Positions 8,389 to 19,015 of a DNA stretch of 64,000 nucleotides are shown here, piece by piece. Source of the DNA: Bacillota bacterium (GTDB taxonomy: Bacteria; Bacillota; Clostridia; Oscillospirales; Ruminococcaceae); contig JAEYNX010000016.1 of assembly GCA_023412215.1 (NCBI GenBank), positions 15,101 through 79,100 of the forward strand, given 5' to 3'. Positions within the stretch are counted from its first letter, which is position 1. Each line of letters starts with the position of its first letter. The notes below the pieces were generated by a model. The model saw only the letters and a program-made list of their open reading frames with translations. It ran no database searches and was not told where the DNA came from. The translations under genes and the position numbers were made by a program.

Positions 8389-9372
8389 ATGAACAACAAT
8401 ATTCTGCTGGATTGCCCGATTCCGCTTCGTGATTTTTTATTTTATATGGAGACTATTAAAGGCCGTTCACCGCGAACGGTGGAAGGCTATTATATCGATT
8501 TGCGGACATTTTTAAGATATATCAAGCGTGTGCGAAATTTGGTGCCCCCTACCCTAGCGTTTGAAGAGATTTCCATCGGTGACGTAGACATGTCACTGAT
8601 AGCCACCATTATGCTATCCGACGCCTACGAGTTTTTACATTTTACCGCAAATGAACGTTCTAACAGCGGTGTTACTCGTTCCAGAAAGGTATCCAGCCTA
8701 AGAGGCTTCTTTAACTATCTTACAGTAAAGGCACACCTTTTGGAACAAAACCCGGTGCGGGAGCTCGAGGTGCCAAGCTTTAAAAAGTCTATTCCAAAAT
8801 ATCTTACCCTGGAAAACAGCATTGAGCTGCTGGCAAGCGCGGAGGCCGAAACCGGCGAAAGCAGGCTTCGGGATTATTGCATCATTACCCTGCTGCTCAA
8901 CTGTGGTATGCGCCTTTCGGAGCTTGTTGGCATCAATCAGACAGATATACGCAATAATCAGCTGCGACTGCTCGGCAAGGGCAACAAGGAGCGCATTATC
9001 TATTTAAACGATGCTTGCTTATCGGCTATCGAGGCTTATAAGGCAGTTCGGCCAAAGGACACCAAGGAGAAAAATGCATTGTTTGTGTCGCGAAACGGAA
9101 CACGCATCAGCCGCAGGCGTGTTCAGCAGATTGTAGAAAATCAGCTTACCGCCATTGGGCTGGATCATAAGGGATTTTCCGTACATAAGCTGCGGCATAC
9201 CGCCGCCACGCTCATGTATCAATACGGGCACGTTGACATCCGAATGCTCAAAGAGATTTTAGGGCACGTAAACGTCGGTACGACGGAAATCTATACCCAT
9301 ATCTCGAGCGAACAGATGGAGGACGCCGCAAAAAGGTCTCCTCTGGCCAAGATCAAGCCCAGAAATAAATAG
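8389..9372 (+). CDS. xerC: Tyrosine recombinase, XerC/XerS-like clostridial type
   Basis: RDYCIITLLLNCGMRLSEL, GKGNKER, HKLRHTAAT, LGH...TTEIYTH; GGAG RBS before ATG 8389. Confidence 0.8.
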   Translation: MNNNILLDCPIPLRDFLFYMETIKGRSPRTVEGYYIDLRTFLRYIKRVRNLVPPTLAFEEISIGDVDMSLIATIMLSDAYEFLHFTANERSNSGVTRSRKVSSLRGFFNYLTVKAHLLEQNPVRELEVPSFKKSIPKYLTLENSIELLASAEAETGESRLRDYCIITLLLNCGMRLSELVGINQTDIRNNQLRLLGKGNKERIIYLNDACLSAIEAYKAVRPKDTKEKNALFVSRNGTRISRRRVQQIVENQLTAIGLDHKGFSVHKLRHTAATLMYQYGHVDIRMLKEILGHVNVGTTEIYTHISSEQMEDAAKRSPLAKIKPRNK

Positions 9373-9399
9373 CTGTTTATCTAATTATAACGAGCTTGC

Positions 9400-9427
9400 T
9401 TGACAATCCGTTAACGACAGGTATAAT
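9400..9427 (+). promoter_or_regulatory. sigma-A promoter of ArsR gene
   Basis: TTGACA-N16-TATAAT. Confidence 0.7.
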
Positions 9428-9474
9428 ATAGATTGTAATCAATACCGACTATCTTCTGCAAAGGATGACAAACT

Positions 9475-9753
9475 ATGCCTTATAAAGTGCTGGGTGCGAC
9501 ATTAAAAGCGCTATCAGACCCTAATCGCTTAAAGATTGTAGACATCCTCTCCTACGGTGAAAAATGCGCCAACGATATTTTAAAAGACCTTGACATCACC
9601 CAGCCTACCCTTTCCCATCATATGAAGGTACTGCAAGACCTAAACCTCGTGGTGTGCCGCAAAGCAGGCCTATGGCGTTATTATTCCTTAAACCATGACG
9701 AGTGGGTCCGGGTACATGAAGTGCTCAGCTACATCTATAACGAAAAGATTTAA
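9475..9753 (+). CDS. ArsR/SmtB-family transcriptional regulator
   Basis: KALSDPNRLKI, EKCA, ITQPTLSHHMKVL winged HTH. Confidence 0.92.
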   Translation: MPYKVLGATLKALSDPNRLKIVDILSYGEKCANDILKDLDITQPTLSHHMKVLQDLNLVVCRKAGLWRYYSLNHDEWVRVHEVLSYIYNEKI

Positions 9754-9758
9754 ATAGT

Positions 9759-9790
9759 AACGGGTAAAGTGTTCATTCCTTTACCCGTTT
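9759..9790 (+). terminator. Hairpin terminator after ArsR gene
   Basis: AACGGGTAAAG / CTTTACCCGTT. Confidence 0.7.
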
Positions 9791-9835
9791 ATCTTATATT
9801 CATTTATTCATTCGTTATTACATACATAATTACAT

Positions 9836-9872
9836 AAAACGACCCCAAAAGCTTTCGCCTTTGGGGTCGTTT
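9836..9872 (-). terminator. Terminator of tRNA-Val (bidirectional)
   Basis: AAAACGACCCCAAA / TTTGGGGTCGTTTT. Confidence 0.8.
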
Positions 9873-9948
9873 TGGTGGGAGCAATAGGGATCGAACCTAT
9901 GACCCTCTGCTTGTAAGGCAGATGCTCTCCCAGCTGAGCTATGCTCCC
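9873..9948 (-). tRNA. tRNA-Val (anticodon TAC)
   Basis: GGGAGCATAGCTCAGCTGGGAGAGCATCTGCCTTACAAGCAGAGGGTCATAGGTTCGATCCCTATTGCTCCCACCA; 76 nt cloverleaf with CCA. Confidence 0.97.
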
Positions 9949-10001
9949 AAACCTATAAACCTATCGATTACCTGTCGTCAACAAATCAGACAACGTAATA
10001 T

Positions 10002-10030
10002 ATTATATAAGTTTATAAGCACCTTGTCAA
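10002..10030 (-). promoter_or_regulatory. sigma-A promoter of tRNA-Val
   Basis: Perfect TTGACA-N17-TATAAT on the minus strand. Confidence 0.85.
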
Positions 10031-10037
10031 TATATTT

Positions 10038-10913
10038 TTATGCCCTTTTTAGAATATTTTTTAGCTCCTGCTCGCTGAATTCATAGCGCTTATTGCAGAA
10101 ATGGCATACCACCTCAGCGCGCTTATCCTGTTCAATGATATCTGTCAACTCTTCCCGGCCGATTGCCGCGAGTGCTTTTTCGTACTTATCCTTACTGCAC
10201 CGGCAGGTATAATCAGTTGTAAACTCATCGAGAATCTGGGGCTTAAAACCATCGAGTACGCGTAAGCAGATATCTTCGGGGGTTACCCCGCCTGCCATAA
10301 GGCTTGTAATGGAATCCATGCCCTCAATGTTGTGTTCAAGCTTTGTAATAGAGTCTTCCTCCGCGCCCGGTAATAGCTGCACAATAAAGCCGCCTGCAAC
10401 CTTAACGGTTAAATCGGGGTTAACGAGCACCCCAAGAGCGCACACGGTGGGTATCTGCTCGCTAACGGCAAAATAGCTGGTAATGTCCTCGGCAATCTCA
10501 CCCGATACAATGGGCACCTGCCCCACGTAGGGCTCTCTCAGACCGATATCCTTAATAACATACAATGTGCCGTTGCTTCCGACCGCACCGGCAACATCCA
10601 GCTTGCCCCTTTGGTTCAGCGGGATCTCCACCACCGGGTTGCCAACATAACCGCGCACATTGCCCCTACTGTCGGAAACGGCGATCACCGAGCCTGCAGG
10701 GCCGTCACCCGCCATGCGCAGGGTGAGTGAATCCTGCTCGCCTTTCAGCATTGCCCCCATCATAGAGGCTGCCGTCAGCAGCCTGCCCAGTGCGGCGGTC
10801 ACCACGGCGGAGGTCTGGTGAATCTGCTCTGCCTTGCACGCAATATCGGTGGAATCTATCGCACATGCCATTACGCTTCCATCCTCGGCAATGGCTCTGA
10901 TAATCTTGCTCAT
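10038..10913 (-). CDS. hslO: Hsp33 redox-regulated chaperone
   Basis: AALGRLLTA, SGEIAED, SEQIP, CRC...CHFC zinc motif. Confidence 0.95.
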   Translation of the reverse strand: MSKIIRAIAEDGSVMACAIDSTDIACKAEQIHQTSAVVTAALGRLLTAASMMGAMLKGEQDSLTLRMAGDGPAGSVIAVSDSRGNVRGYVGNPVVEIPLNQRGKLDVAGAVGSNGTLYVIKDIGLREPYVGQVPIVSGEIAEDITSYFAVSEQIPTVCALGVLVNPDLTVKVAGGFIVQLLPGAEEDSITKLEHNIEGMDSITSLMAGGVTPEDICLRVLDGFKPQILDEFTTDYTCRCSKDKYEKALAAIGREELTDIIEQDKRAEVVCHFCNKRYEFSEQELKNILKRA

Positions 10914-10931
10914 TTATTATACTTCTCCATC

Positions 10932-11681
10932 TTAAAGCATCTTTTTGGTAATATATACGGCGCGCTGCGTGTCATTCTTTACGGGCTCAAGGGTATCCCC
11001 CTCAAAACACGCGACAATGCGCAGACCTGCGGCTTTGAGCATATCCGACAGCTCTTCACGGGTATAGGCGCGTTCTTCAAACGCTTCCTCATACCGGCTA
11101 TACAGGCCGCTCTCTGCATCGTATTCAAAAAAGTCCAAATCAATATGTGTAGTAGCCGTTTCAGCCTGATAGGTATTCTGCCACACGCAATAGATGCTGT
11201 CATAATCATATACAAACGTATTGTTTGCAAGTACGTTTTCGTGCTTATAGCGGGTATTGGCGTCAAAGATAAACACCCCGTCGGGGTCTAAAAACAGCGA
11301 CACGCGCACAAGGCCCTTTTGCAGTACATTCTTGGCGGTAATGTGGTTGACGCTGTCCAGCGCACAGACACAGGCGTCAATGGTACCGTAAAGATCTAAG
11401 CCCTGCATGGTCTGCCGGATATATTGAACCCCCATCTCCTCGTGGGTATTCTCCATCGCCCGGCCTAACATCTCGTAAGAGCTGTCGATGCCGATAACGT
11501 CGTAACCGAGACGCGCAAACTCCCGCGAGAGGCTGCCCGTACCGCAGGCAAGGTCCAGCAGCAAGCTGCCGCCGTTGCCGTATTGCTTTATAAGCGAATG
11601 AAAATAACCGGCCCGCGCGGGGTAGCTGATATCCTGCGTAAGGGTGTCGTAGTATTTGGCGAATACGTTATAACCGCTCAT
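10932..11681 (-). CDS. Class I SAM-dependent methyltransferase
   Basis: FAKYYD, LDLACGTG, DSVNH. Confidence 0.88.
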   Translation of the reverse strand: MSGYNVFAKYYDTLTQDISYPARAGYFHSLIKQYGNGGSLLLDLACGTGSLSREFARLGYDVIGIDSSYEMLGRAMENTHEEMGVQYIRQTMQGLDLYGTIDACVCALDSVNHITAKNVLQKGLVRVSLFLDPDGVFIFDANTRYKHENVLANNTFVYDYDSIYCVWQNTYQAETATTHIDLDFFEYDAESGLYSRYEEAFEERAYTREELSDMLKAAGLRIVACFEGDTLEPVKNDTQRAVYITKKML

Positions 11682-11974
11682 TTTTCGGCTTCACTGAGCC
11701 TTTTAAAGATGATGCTGTACCCATCGCAGCCGTAGTTGAGCGAACGGTTTACACGGCTGATGGTAGCGGTGCTGGCGCCGGTTTCACTGACGATGTCGCT
11801 GTATACATGATGCTCGCTGAGCATCTTGGCAACCTGAAGGCGCTGCGACAATGCCTTGAGCTCGGGAACGGTGCACAAGTCTTCAAAAAAATTATAGCTC
11901 TCTTCCAGCGTTTCCAGCGCTAAAATCGCTTTAAACAGGTATTCAATATTAGGGTCCTTCAACTTGCTGTTCAT
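11678..11974 (-). CDS. yerC: YerC/YecD TrpR-like protein
   Basis: FFEDLCT..EL...QR, TGASTATISRVNRSL. Confidence 0.9.
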   Translation of the reverse strand: MNSKLKDPNIEYLFKAILALETLEESYNFFEDLCTVPELKALSQRLQVAKMLSEHHVYSDIVSETGASTATISRVNRSLNYGCDGYSIIFKRLSEAEK

Positions 11975-12056
11975 GATCCGCACTCCTTATTTTTATGTTT
12001 CCTTAAGGTTAATTTTAACACACTGAATTGTGAAAGTAAATGGCACAATCCGTGAA

Positions 12057-13352
12057 TTATACATCCCCGTTCATTAAGTCGTCAAGCGACTGCCTTTGCA
12101 CTACAATTCGGGGTTTGCCGTTTGATACCATGATAACCGCGGGCTTGGGCAGGCGGTTGTAGTTGGAGGCCATGGAATAGTTATATGCCCCTGTGCAGAG
12201 CACCGCCAAGAGTTCGCCCGAATGCATATCAGGCAGCAGCAGATGCTCGCCGATGATATCCCCGCTTTCGCAGCAGCGCCCCGCGACAGTTACAGTGCTG
12301 TGAGGCTCCTCACCCATACGACCCGCCGCAACTGCGGTATAGCGTGACTGATAGAGTGCGTAGCGTGGGTTATCGGCCATGCCGCCGTCCACCGACACAT
12401 AGGTAAGCGCATTCGAAACCCGCTTGACAGCACCCACTGTATACAGCGTAAGCCCTGCCGGGCCCACGACGGCCCTGCCCGGCTCTATGAATACGCGCGG
12501 CGTCTGTATACCGTTTCGCGCACAGGCAGTTGACAATGCATCCGCCGTTTGCCGGATGCATTCGGACGAACAGTCCGGCGCATCCTCCTCGGTATAGCGA
12601 ATGGCAAAGCCGCCTCCCAGATTAAGCTCGCTCAGCTCAAGGCCGGTCTCTTGTTTTATTCTGCCCATAAAACCTGCCATAACCTCTGCAGCCCGCGCAA
12701 AAGGCTCCGGTTCTGCAATCTGCGAGCCGATATGGCAATGCAGGCCTATTAACTGAATACTTGAGCTGGAAAGCGCTGTTTTCACTGCCTGCGGCGCCTC
12801 GTCATGCTCAAGACTAAACCCGAATTTTGATACCGCGTTGCCTGTTATTACCGCATGATGGGTGTGTACATCCACCCCGGGCTTGATTCTAAGCAAAACA
12901 TCAACCGTCTTTTGGGCCTCGGCCGCAAGACGGTTGATGGTAAGCAGTTCGGTGATATGATCTGCAACAATCCTTCCCACGCCGTTCTCAATGGCCATAG
13001 AAAGCTCTTGTGCGCTCTTATTGCTGCCATGCAGAATAATCCGGCCTGCGGGAAAGCCCGCCGCCAGCGCTGTGTACAGCTCGCCTGCGGAGACGACATC
13101 AAGGTAAAGCCCTTCACGGTCGGCAATCCGGCAGATTTCCTTACAGCAGAACGCCTTACAGGCGTAAGCCACACCGCTCTCGGCATAGCACGTCTGCATG
13201 GCAAGCCTAAAGCGGCGGCAGTTCTCGATAATCAAGTCCTCGTCCATCACATACAGCGGGGTGCCATACTGCGCGGCGAGCGCGGCGGTATCTGCCCCGC
13301 CGATGGTGAGGTGACCTATACTATTGACCGAAAGACTTCCCGAATTAAACAT
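12057..13352 (-). CDS. lysA: Diaminopimelate decarboxylase
   Basis: YGTPLYV, YACKAF, HCHIGSQ, GGGF, EPGR, GRCCESGD, GAYNYSMASNYN. Confidence 0.92.
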   Translation of the reverse strand: MFNSGSLSVNSIGHLTIGGADTAALAAQYGTPLYVMDEDLIIENCRRFRLAMQTCYAESGVAYACKAFCCKEICRIADREGLYLDVVSAGELYTALAAGFPAGRIILHGSNKSAQELSMAIENGVGRIVADHITELLTINRLAAEAQKTVDVLLRIKPGVDVHTHHAVITGNAVSKFGFSLEHDEAPQAVKTALSSSSIQLIGLHCHIGSQIAEPEPFARAAEVMAGFMGRIKQETGLELSELNLGGGFAIRYTEEDAPDCSSECIRQTADALSTACARNGIQTPRVFIEPGRAVVGPAGLTLYTVGAVKRVSNALTYVSVDGGMADNPRYALYQSRYTAVAAGRMGEEPHSTVTVAGRCCESGDIIGEHLLLPDMHSGELLAVLCTGAYNYSMASNYNRLPKPAVIMVSNGKPRIVVQRQSLDDLMNGDV

Positions 13353-13401
13353 ATCCTGCTCCTTAAAAAACTGCTTTAAAAGCAACTTGATATATTCAAT
13401 T

Positions 13402-14001
13402 CTATTCTGCGGTCTGTTCGGTTGTTACTTCTTCTATAATGCCGCGGAGTTCCTCCGCTCCTTCACCTGTCACCGAGGAAAACGGCAGCATGGTGATCTG
13501 GTCTGCATAGGGGATCTCCTGCGCAAGACCCTTCATACGCTCGCTGCATTCATTTTTAGACAGTTTATCGCACTTGGTGAGCACGAGGATAAACGGCAAC
13601 TCGTTTTCTACCAGTGTCTCGATCATGTTAAGGTCGTCCTTGGTGGGCGGATGGCGCATATCAATCAGCTGAACCACCAGCGCGAGGTTGCGCCCCTGCT
13701 CAAAATAGCCGCCGATAAGCTCACTCCAGCGCCGTTTTTCTTCTTTCGCCACCTTGGCGTAGCCGTAGCCGGGCAGGTCCACGAGCCGAAGAGTATCGGA
13801 AATTCGGTAAAAGTTAATGGTTGCCGTTTTTCCCGGCACCGAGCTTACCCTCGCGAGCGCCTTTCGGTTTAAAAGCTTGTTGATCAACGACGACTTTCCC
13901 ACATTCGAACGCCCGGAGATTGCAATCTCAAACTGTGCGCTCTCGGGAAGCTGCGAATAAAGACCAAAAGAAGCCTCAAATACTGTGTTGTTAAAATTCA
14001 T
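13402..14001 (-). CDS. engB: GTP-binding protein EngB/YsxC
   Basis: GRSNVGKSSLIN, DLPGYGYA, TKCDK; downstream of lon. Confidence 0.95.
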   Translation of the reverse strand: MNFNNTVFEASFGLYSQLPESAQFEIAISGRSNVGKSSLINKLLNRKALARVSSVPGKTATINFYRISDTLRLVDLPGYGYAKVAKEEKRRWSELIGGYFEQGRNLALVVQLIDMRHPPTKDDLNMIETLVENELPFILVLTKCDKLSKNECSERMKGLAQEIPYADQITMLPFSSVTGEGAEELRGIIEEVTTEQTAE

Positions 14002-14018
14002 CTGCTGCCCCTTTGTAA

Positions 14019-14047
14019 TACTAATTCTTCATAAAACGGAATTAGTA
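14019..14047 (-). mobile_element. Minimal (ends-only) copy E of TACTAA...TTAGTA MITE-like family
   Basis: TAA|TACTAATTCTTCATAAAACGGAATTAGTA|TAA; both ends match the full copies. Confidence 0.65.
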
Positions 14048-14053
14048 TAAACA

Positions 14054-16489
14054 TTATTGCGGTATTACCGTGGAGTCTAAGGTAGGCTTTTTGTTTAAGT
14101 CCACACCGCTATGTAACAGGGTCTCTTTGAGTTTCTGTTCCGGCTCTGTGGCAAAGAGCAATGCGGTTTTTAAAACCGTATCTACATCGTCGGCAAAGAC
14201 GAAATTCAGGTTTTTCTTAACGGTTGCGTCAATTTCTTCGAGGTCCGGCCTGTTTTCATCCGGTACAATCACGGTCTTGATACCGGCGCGGTACGCCGCC
14301 ATGGTTTTCTCCTTGAGCCCGCCTATCGGCAGCACCCTTCCGCGCAGGGTAATCTCGCCCGTCATGGCCACCTCGCGCCGCACAGGGATGCCGGTAAGCG
14401 CCGAAACCAAGGCTGTAGCCATGGTAACGCCGGCCGAGGGGCCGTCCTTCGGCACCGCTCCCTCCGGCGCATGGATGTGGATGTCACAGTCCTTATAAAA
14501 ATCGCCGTCTATCTTCAGCTGTTCGGCTTTACTGCGGATATAGCTGATGGCAATGCTCGCCGACTCCTTCATCACGTCGCCCAGCGAACCGGTAAGCTGT
14601 ATCTTGCCGGTGCCCTTTACCACGTTGACCTCGATCATCATGATCTCGCCGCCCACACTCGTCCAAGCAAGGCCGGTTACCACGCCCACCTCATTCTTTT
14701 TAAGCATACTGTCGGGGCGGAACTTGTGCGGGCCGAGGTAGTCGGGCAGATTTGCGTCGGTAAAAACGATCTTGCTTTCGTTGTTTTCTACAATCTTCTT
14801 GGCGGCCTTGCGGCAGAGCGACGCAATGGCGCGCTCCAGCTTTCTGACGCCCGCCTCACGGGTGTAGTAGTCGGTCAGCGCATAGATGGCAGAGTCCGAC
14901 ATCTTTACCTGTTTGGATGTAAGGCCATTTCGCTTTACCTGCTTTACAACCAGATGGTTTTTCGCGATATGGAATTTCTCCTCGCGCGTATAGCTTGAAA
15001 GCTCGATGATCTCCATACGGTCAAGCAGCGGCTCGGGGATATCCCCCATATTGTTGGCGGTGGTGATAAACAGGATATCGCTGATGTCAAACTCAAGCTC
15101 TATGTAATGGTCTCTGAAATTCTTGTTCTGTTCAGCGTCCAGCACCTCAAGCAGCGCGGAAGCCGGGTCGCCTCTGAAATCGTGCCCGAGCTTATCGACC
15201 TCGTCGAGCAAAATCATGGCGTTTTTGCTGCCTGCTTTAATGACGGCGTCGATGATTCGGCCGGGCATGGCGCCCACATAGGTTTTGCGGTGCCCGCGAA
15301 TATCGGATTCGTCGCGCACGCCGCCCAGCGAGATTCTGGCATATTTACGGCCCATGGCCGTGGCTACGGAGCGCGCGATAGAGGTTTTGCCCACACCGGG
15401 CGGGCCCACAAGGCAGATGATCTGCCCCTTGATGTCGGGAGCCAGCTTGCGTACCGCAAGTATTTCAAGAATGCGTTCCTTTACGCGAGTAAGGCCGTAA
15501 TGGTCTTTATCGAGTATCTTCTGCGCCTTCTCGATATCGATCTTATCCTTGGTCACCTTGTTCCAAGGCAGCTCCAAGCAGGTATCGAGATAGGTACGTA
15601 TCACCGTTGCTTCCTGTGAGTTAAAGGGCATTTTAAATAGGCGCTCGGCCTCTTTCATAAGCTTATCGGCCGATGCCTTGGGCAGGTGCAGCTTTTCGAT
15701 GCGGTCGAAATATTCCATCGCCTCGTCCTGCATATTGTCGCCTTCGCCAAGCTCGCCCGCGATCACCTTCATCTGCTCGCGCAGGAAGTACTCGCGCTGG
15801 TTTTTATCCACCTGCTGCTTGATCTTGTCGTAAAGGTCTTTTTCGATGGAAAGGACGCTGTTTTCGTTTTCCAATATCTTTACGAGCAGTTCAAGGCGCT
15901 TGATGGGGTTGTTCTCATCCAAGATGCTCTGCTTATCCTGTGTTTTGAGCATTAGGTTGCCCGCGATGTACTCGCAGAGATACACCGGGTCGTCGCTTGC
16001 CATCACATTGAGCATGTAGTCCTTGGGCATTTGCGGGGTAAGGTACGAATACTCCTCAAACAGGTCCTTAACCGTGCGCACCAACGCCTCCGCGGTATCC
16101 TTCTGTGCTTTGGTGTGAATGGCCTTTAAGGGCAGCTCTTCCACAGAAGCCGACATATACGGGTTTTCCTGCAAAATGTCAACGAGACGCGCGCGATAAA
16201 GCCCTTCAACCAGCACGCGAAGGCTGTCTCCGGGCATCTTTAATATCTGGCGAACCTCGGCTACTACGCCGATGTTATATAAATCGTAGTCCTTGGGCTC
16301 ATCCTCGCGGATGTCCTTCTGGGCCACCAAAAAGATAAGCTGATTGGTTCCCATCGCTTCATTAAGTGCAAGCACCGACTTTTTTCTGCCGACATCAAAA
16401 TGCAGAACCATATTCGGGTACACGACCAGACCTCTTAATGCCAACATGGGGAGCCTCGCGGTCCTAATTTGTACGGTCTGTTCCTCCAT
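14054..16489 (-). CDS. lon: ATP-dependent Lon protease
   Basis: [29 protein letters not shown] catalytic Ser. Confidence 0.97.
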   Translation of the reverse strand: MEEQTVQIRTARLPMLALRGLVVYPNMVLHFDVGRKKSVLALNEAMGTNQLIFLVAQKDIREDEPKDYDLYNIGVVAEVRQILKMPGDSLRVLVEGLYRARLVDILQENPYMSASVEELPLKAIHTKAQKDTAEALVRTVKDLFEEYSYLTPQMPKDYMLNVMASDDPVYLCEYIAGNLMLKTQDKQSILDENNPIKRLELLVKILENENSVLSIEKDLYDKIKQQVDKNQREYFLREQMKVIAGELGEGDNMQDEAMEYFDRIEKLHLPKASADKLMKEAERLFKMPFNSQEATVIRTYLDTCLELPWNKVTKDKIDIEKAQKILDKDHYGLTRVKERILEILAVRKLAPDIKGQIICLVGPPGVGKTSIARSVATAMGRKYARISLGGVRDESDIRGHRKTYVGAMPGRIIDAVIKAGSKNAMILLDEVDKLGHDFRGDPASALLEVLDAEQNKNFRDHYIELEFDISDILFITTANNMGDIPEPLLDRMEIIELSSYTREEKFHIAKNHLVVKQVKRNGLTSKQVKMSDSAIYALTDYYTREAGVRKLERAIASLCRKAAKKIVENNESKIVFTDANLPDYLGPHKFRPDSMLKKNEVGVVTGLAWTSVGGEIMMIEVNVVKGTGKIQLTGSLGDVMKESASIAISYIRSKAEQLKIDGDFYKDCDIHIHAPEGAVPKDGPSAGVTMATALVSALTGIPVRREVAMTGEITLRGRVLPIGGLKEKTMAAYRAGIKTVIVPDENRPDLEEIDATVKKNLNFVFADDVDTVLKTALLFATEPEQKLKETLLHSGVDLNKKPTLDSTVIPQ

Positions 16490-16529
16490 AAAGGTTCCCT
16501 CCAAAACTCGGGCTGCCCCGAGGTTTTTA

Positions 16530-16665
16530 TACTAAATTTCATTTGAAATGGGGATAAAACCCCCATTCCAGGCTTTTAGCCGCCTATTTACCGTCCAATA
16601 CTCATTTAGCAAAACGCTTTGCGTTGCTGCTCCCCCGCCAAAGACGGGGAGTATGAGCATTAGTA
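16530..16665 (+). mobile_element. MITE-like multi-hairpin repeat, copy A
   Basis: TTA|TACTAAATTTCAT...CATTAGTA|TTA; core GGCTTTTAGCCGCC.ATTTACCGTCCAATACTCATT shared with copies B, C and D. Confidence 0.8.
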
Positions 16666-16685
16666 TTAAAAACAATTCTTAGTTC

Positions 16686-16714
16686 ATTATATATAAAAAA
16701 GCGCTCTAATTCAA
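16686..16714 (-). promoter_or_regulatory. sigma-A promoter of lon
   Basis: TTGAAT-N17-TATAAT on the minus strand. Confidence 0.6.
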
Positions 16715-16842
16715 CAATATAAAAGCAACAAATACTATTAATAATATTAGCACATTTCGGTTTAGGGCCAAGATAATCTTTGGCTGGAAAGCTGCTTGTA
16801 AAAAGTAAAGTCAACACCAAAACAGTGTCGACTTTACAAATA

Positions 16843-18153
16843 CTAGCTAACCGAACTTTTTCTGGGCTTTGGTTTCTTGGCCGAGAGCATGAGGTTTGAG
16901 GCCCGCTTTTCAGGGTTTCGCAGCAAGAGCGGTTTTTCTTCGCCTATAATGCACCCGCCCGTAATCTTTACGGTCTCTACCGTGGCGTCGCTGGGCACCT
17001 GAAACATAATGTCCGACAGCACATTTTCTATAATCGAACGCAGGCCGCGTGCGCCGGTTTTAAGCTCGATGGTTTTGCGTGCAATGGCCTTGAGCGCCGA
17101 ATCGTCGAACTCCAGCTTTACGCCATCCATTTCAAACAGCTTGATGTACTGTTTCAGCAACGCGTTTTTAGGCTCCTTGAGGATGCTCACCAGCACATCC
17201 TCGTCGAGGCTCTGCAAAACGGTGATCACCGGCAGCCTGCCCACCAGCTCGGGGATCAGCCCGAACTTAACAAGGTCGTGCGGGGTCACCTGAGCCATCA
17301 GCTCTGCCGCGATATCCTCACGCTTTTCCTTAAGCTTTGCGCCAAAGCCTAACGACCCGCTGCCCACACGCTTTTCAATCAGCTTCTCTACGCCGTCGAA
17401 CGCACCGCCGCAAATAAACAGGATGTTGGCGGTATTGATTTGAATGAACTCCTGCTGCGGGTGTTTGCGTCCGCCCTGCGGGGGAACGTTAGAAACCGTG
17501 CCTTCTAAAATCTTTAATAACGCCTGCTGTACGCCCTCGCCGCTTACGTCGCGGGTAATGGAGGTGTTCTCAGACTTTCTGGTGATTTTATCGATCTCAT
17601 CAATGTAGATGATGCCTCTTTCGGCCTTCTCTATATCGTAATCGGCGGCCTGTATCAAGCGGAGCAGGATGTTCTCAACGTCCTCGCCCACATACCCTGC
17701 CTCGGTAAGGGTGGTGGCGTCGGCAATGGCAAAAGGAACATTCAAAATCTTTGCCAGAGTTTGCGCCAGCATGGTCTTGCCTACGCCGGTGGGGCCAAGC
17801 AGCAGCACATTGCTCTTTTGCAGCTCCACATCGTTGTTGCCGCGATAGTAGATGCGCTTGTAATGGTTATACACGGCCACCGAAAGGGTAACCTTCGCTT
17901 TCTCCTGCCCGATGACATACTCATCGAGCGTCGACTTAATCTCGGCAGGCGTGGGAACATTTACCGTGTATTCGTCCCGCTGCTTGTTTATCCTAGAGGA
18001 TGGCATGGGCGTACTGTCTGAGAGGATGCTCATGCATAACTCGACGCATTCATTGCATATATAAACACCCGAGCCCGCTATGATGCGATCTACTTCGTTT
18101 TGCTGCTTGCCGCAGAACGAGCATCGTATGGGCTTGTTTTCATCCTTTGGCAT
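16843..18153 (-). CDS. clpX: ATP-dependent Clp protease ATP-binding subunit ClpX
   Basis: CSFCGK zinc finger, [22 protein letters not shown]. Confidence 0.97.
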   Translation of the reverse strand: MPKDENKPIRCSFCGKQQNEVDRIIAGSGVYICNECVELCMSILSDSTPMPSSRINKQRDEYTVNVPTPAEIKSTLDEYVIGQEKAKVTLSVAVYNHYKRIYYRGNNDVELQKSNVLLLGPTGVGKTMLAQTLAKILNVPFAIADATTLTEAGYVGEDVENILLRLIQAADYDIEKAERGIIYIDEIDKITRKSENTSITRDVSGEGVQQALLKILEGTVSNVPPQGGRKHPQQEFIQINTANILFICGGAFDGVEKLIEKRVGSGSLGFGAKLKEKREDIAAELMAQVTPHDLVKFGLIPELVGRLPVITVLQSLDEDVLVSILKEPKNALLKQYIKLFEMDGVKLEFDDSALKAIARKTIELKTGARGLRSIIENVLSDIMFQVPSDATVETVKITGGCIIGEEKPLLLRNPEKRASNLMLSAKKPKPRKSSVS

Positions 18154-18269
18154 AATCATCGTCCATTCTGCCGCTGTGCCCGGCAATTTATTGGTGTTAC
18201 CGATCTTGTCACACACAGCCGTAACCTGACAAGATAATACATTTCTTTTACTCAACTTGCAGAAATACG

Positions 18270-18300
18270 AAAAACGAAGCCGAAGGGGGCTTCGTTTTTT
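18270..18300 (-). terminator. Terminator hairpin after clpP
   Basis: AAAAACGAAGCC / GGCTTCGTTTTT. Confidence 0.75.
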
Positions 18301-18309
18301 AAGGCATCG

Positions 18310-18891
18310 CTATCTGCTTGTAATAACCTTATCAACCAAACCGTATTTTACCGCTTCTTCGGCAGTCATAAAGTTGTCGCGGTCGGTGTCCCTTTCAATT
18401 ACCTCGAAGGGTTGGCCGGTCTGCTCGGCAAGAAGCCTATTCAGTTTCTCTTTGATTCGGATAATCCTGTCTACGTGAATTTTAATGTCGGTTGCCTGCC
18501 CCTGAGAGCCGCCGGAGGGCTGGTGAATCATAATCTCACTGTTGGGCAGTGCAAAACGCTTGCCTTTGGCACCCGATGAGAGCAAGAACGCGCCCATAGA
18601 GGCCGCCATACCCACGCAGATGGTGGAAACATCGCATTTAATGTACTGCATGGTATCGTAGATTGCCATACCCGCTGTAATGGAGCCGCCGGGGCTGTTG
18701 ATGTAAAGGTTGATATCCTTATCGGGGTCTTGACCTTCAAGGTATAACAACTGTGCTACAATCAGGCTAGCGGTTACATCGTTTACTTCATCCGAGAGCA
18801 TTACAATGCGGTCGTTTAACAGTCTTGAAAAGATATCGTAGGAACGTTCACCGCGATTGGTTTGCTCTATAACCATTGGTACCAAACTCAT
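18310..18891 (-). CDS. clpP: ATP-dependent Clp protease proteolytic subunit
   Basis: [27 protein letters not shown]. Confidence 0.98.
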   Translation of the reverse strand: MSLVPMVIEQTNRGERSYDIFSRLLNDRIVMLSDEVNDVTASLIVAQLLYLEGQDPDKDINLYINSPGGSITAGMAIYDTMQYIKCDVSTICVGMAASMGAFLLSSGAKGKRFALPNSEIMIHQPSGGSQGQATDIKIHVDRIIRIKEKLNRLLAEQTGQPFEVIERDTDRDNFMTAEEAVKYGLVDKVITSR

Positions 18892-19015
18892 AATTTTGTC
18901 CTGCCTTTCTCAGTACGTTACATCTTATGGTAAGCCTCAAAAAACCGATACAACGTACACTAATCTATCAACGCAATTATTCTCAGTATGAAACCGTTCG
19001 CCGACAATTATTCGG

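Noticed and set aside
6385..9948. Prophage or genomic island integrated at tRNA-Val using the tyrosine recombinase
   Set aside because: No duplicated tRNA 3' end (att) found by eye, no phage or conjugation genes, and the recombinase looks like the chromosomal Xer type.
9988..10014. dif-like AACGTAATATATTATATAAGTTT
   Set aside because: Spacer geometry is wrong (4 bp), and it is explained by the -10 box of the perfect tRNA promoter.
13353..13401. Lysine riboswitch or T-box leaders for lysA, thrC and asnS
   Set aside because: Upstream spacers are only about 40-50 bp and lack the motifs.
16602..16820. 72-aa ORF between clpX and lon
   Set aside because: Runs through the lon promoter and repeat copy A; no RBS or protein-like features.
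18154..18255. N-terminal extensions in the ORF track (clpX, argR, spoIIIAE, scfA, yunB, TIGR03936)
   Set aside because: Artefacts of taking the first possible start; downstream starts fit family N-termini and/or RBS position better.
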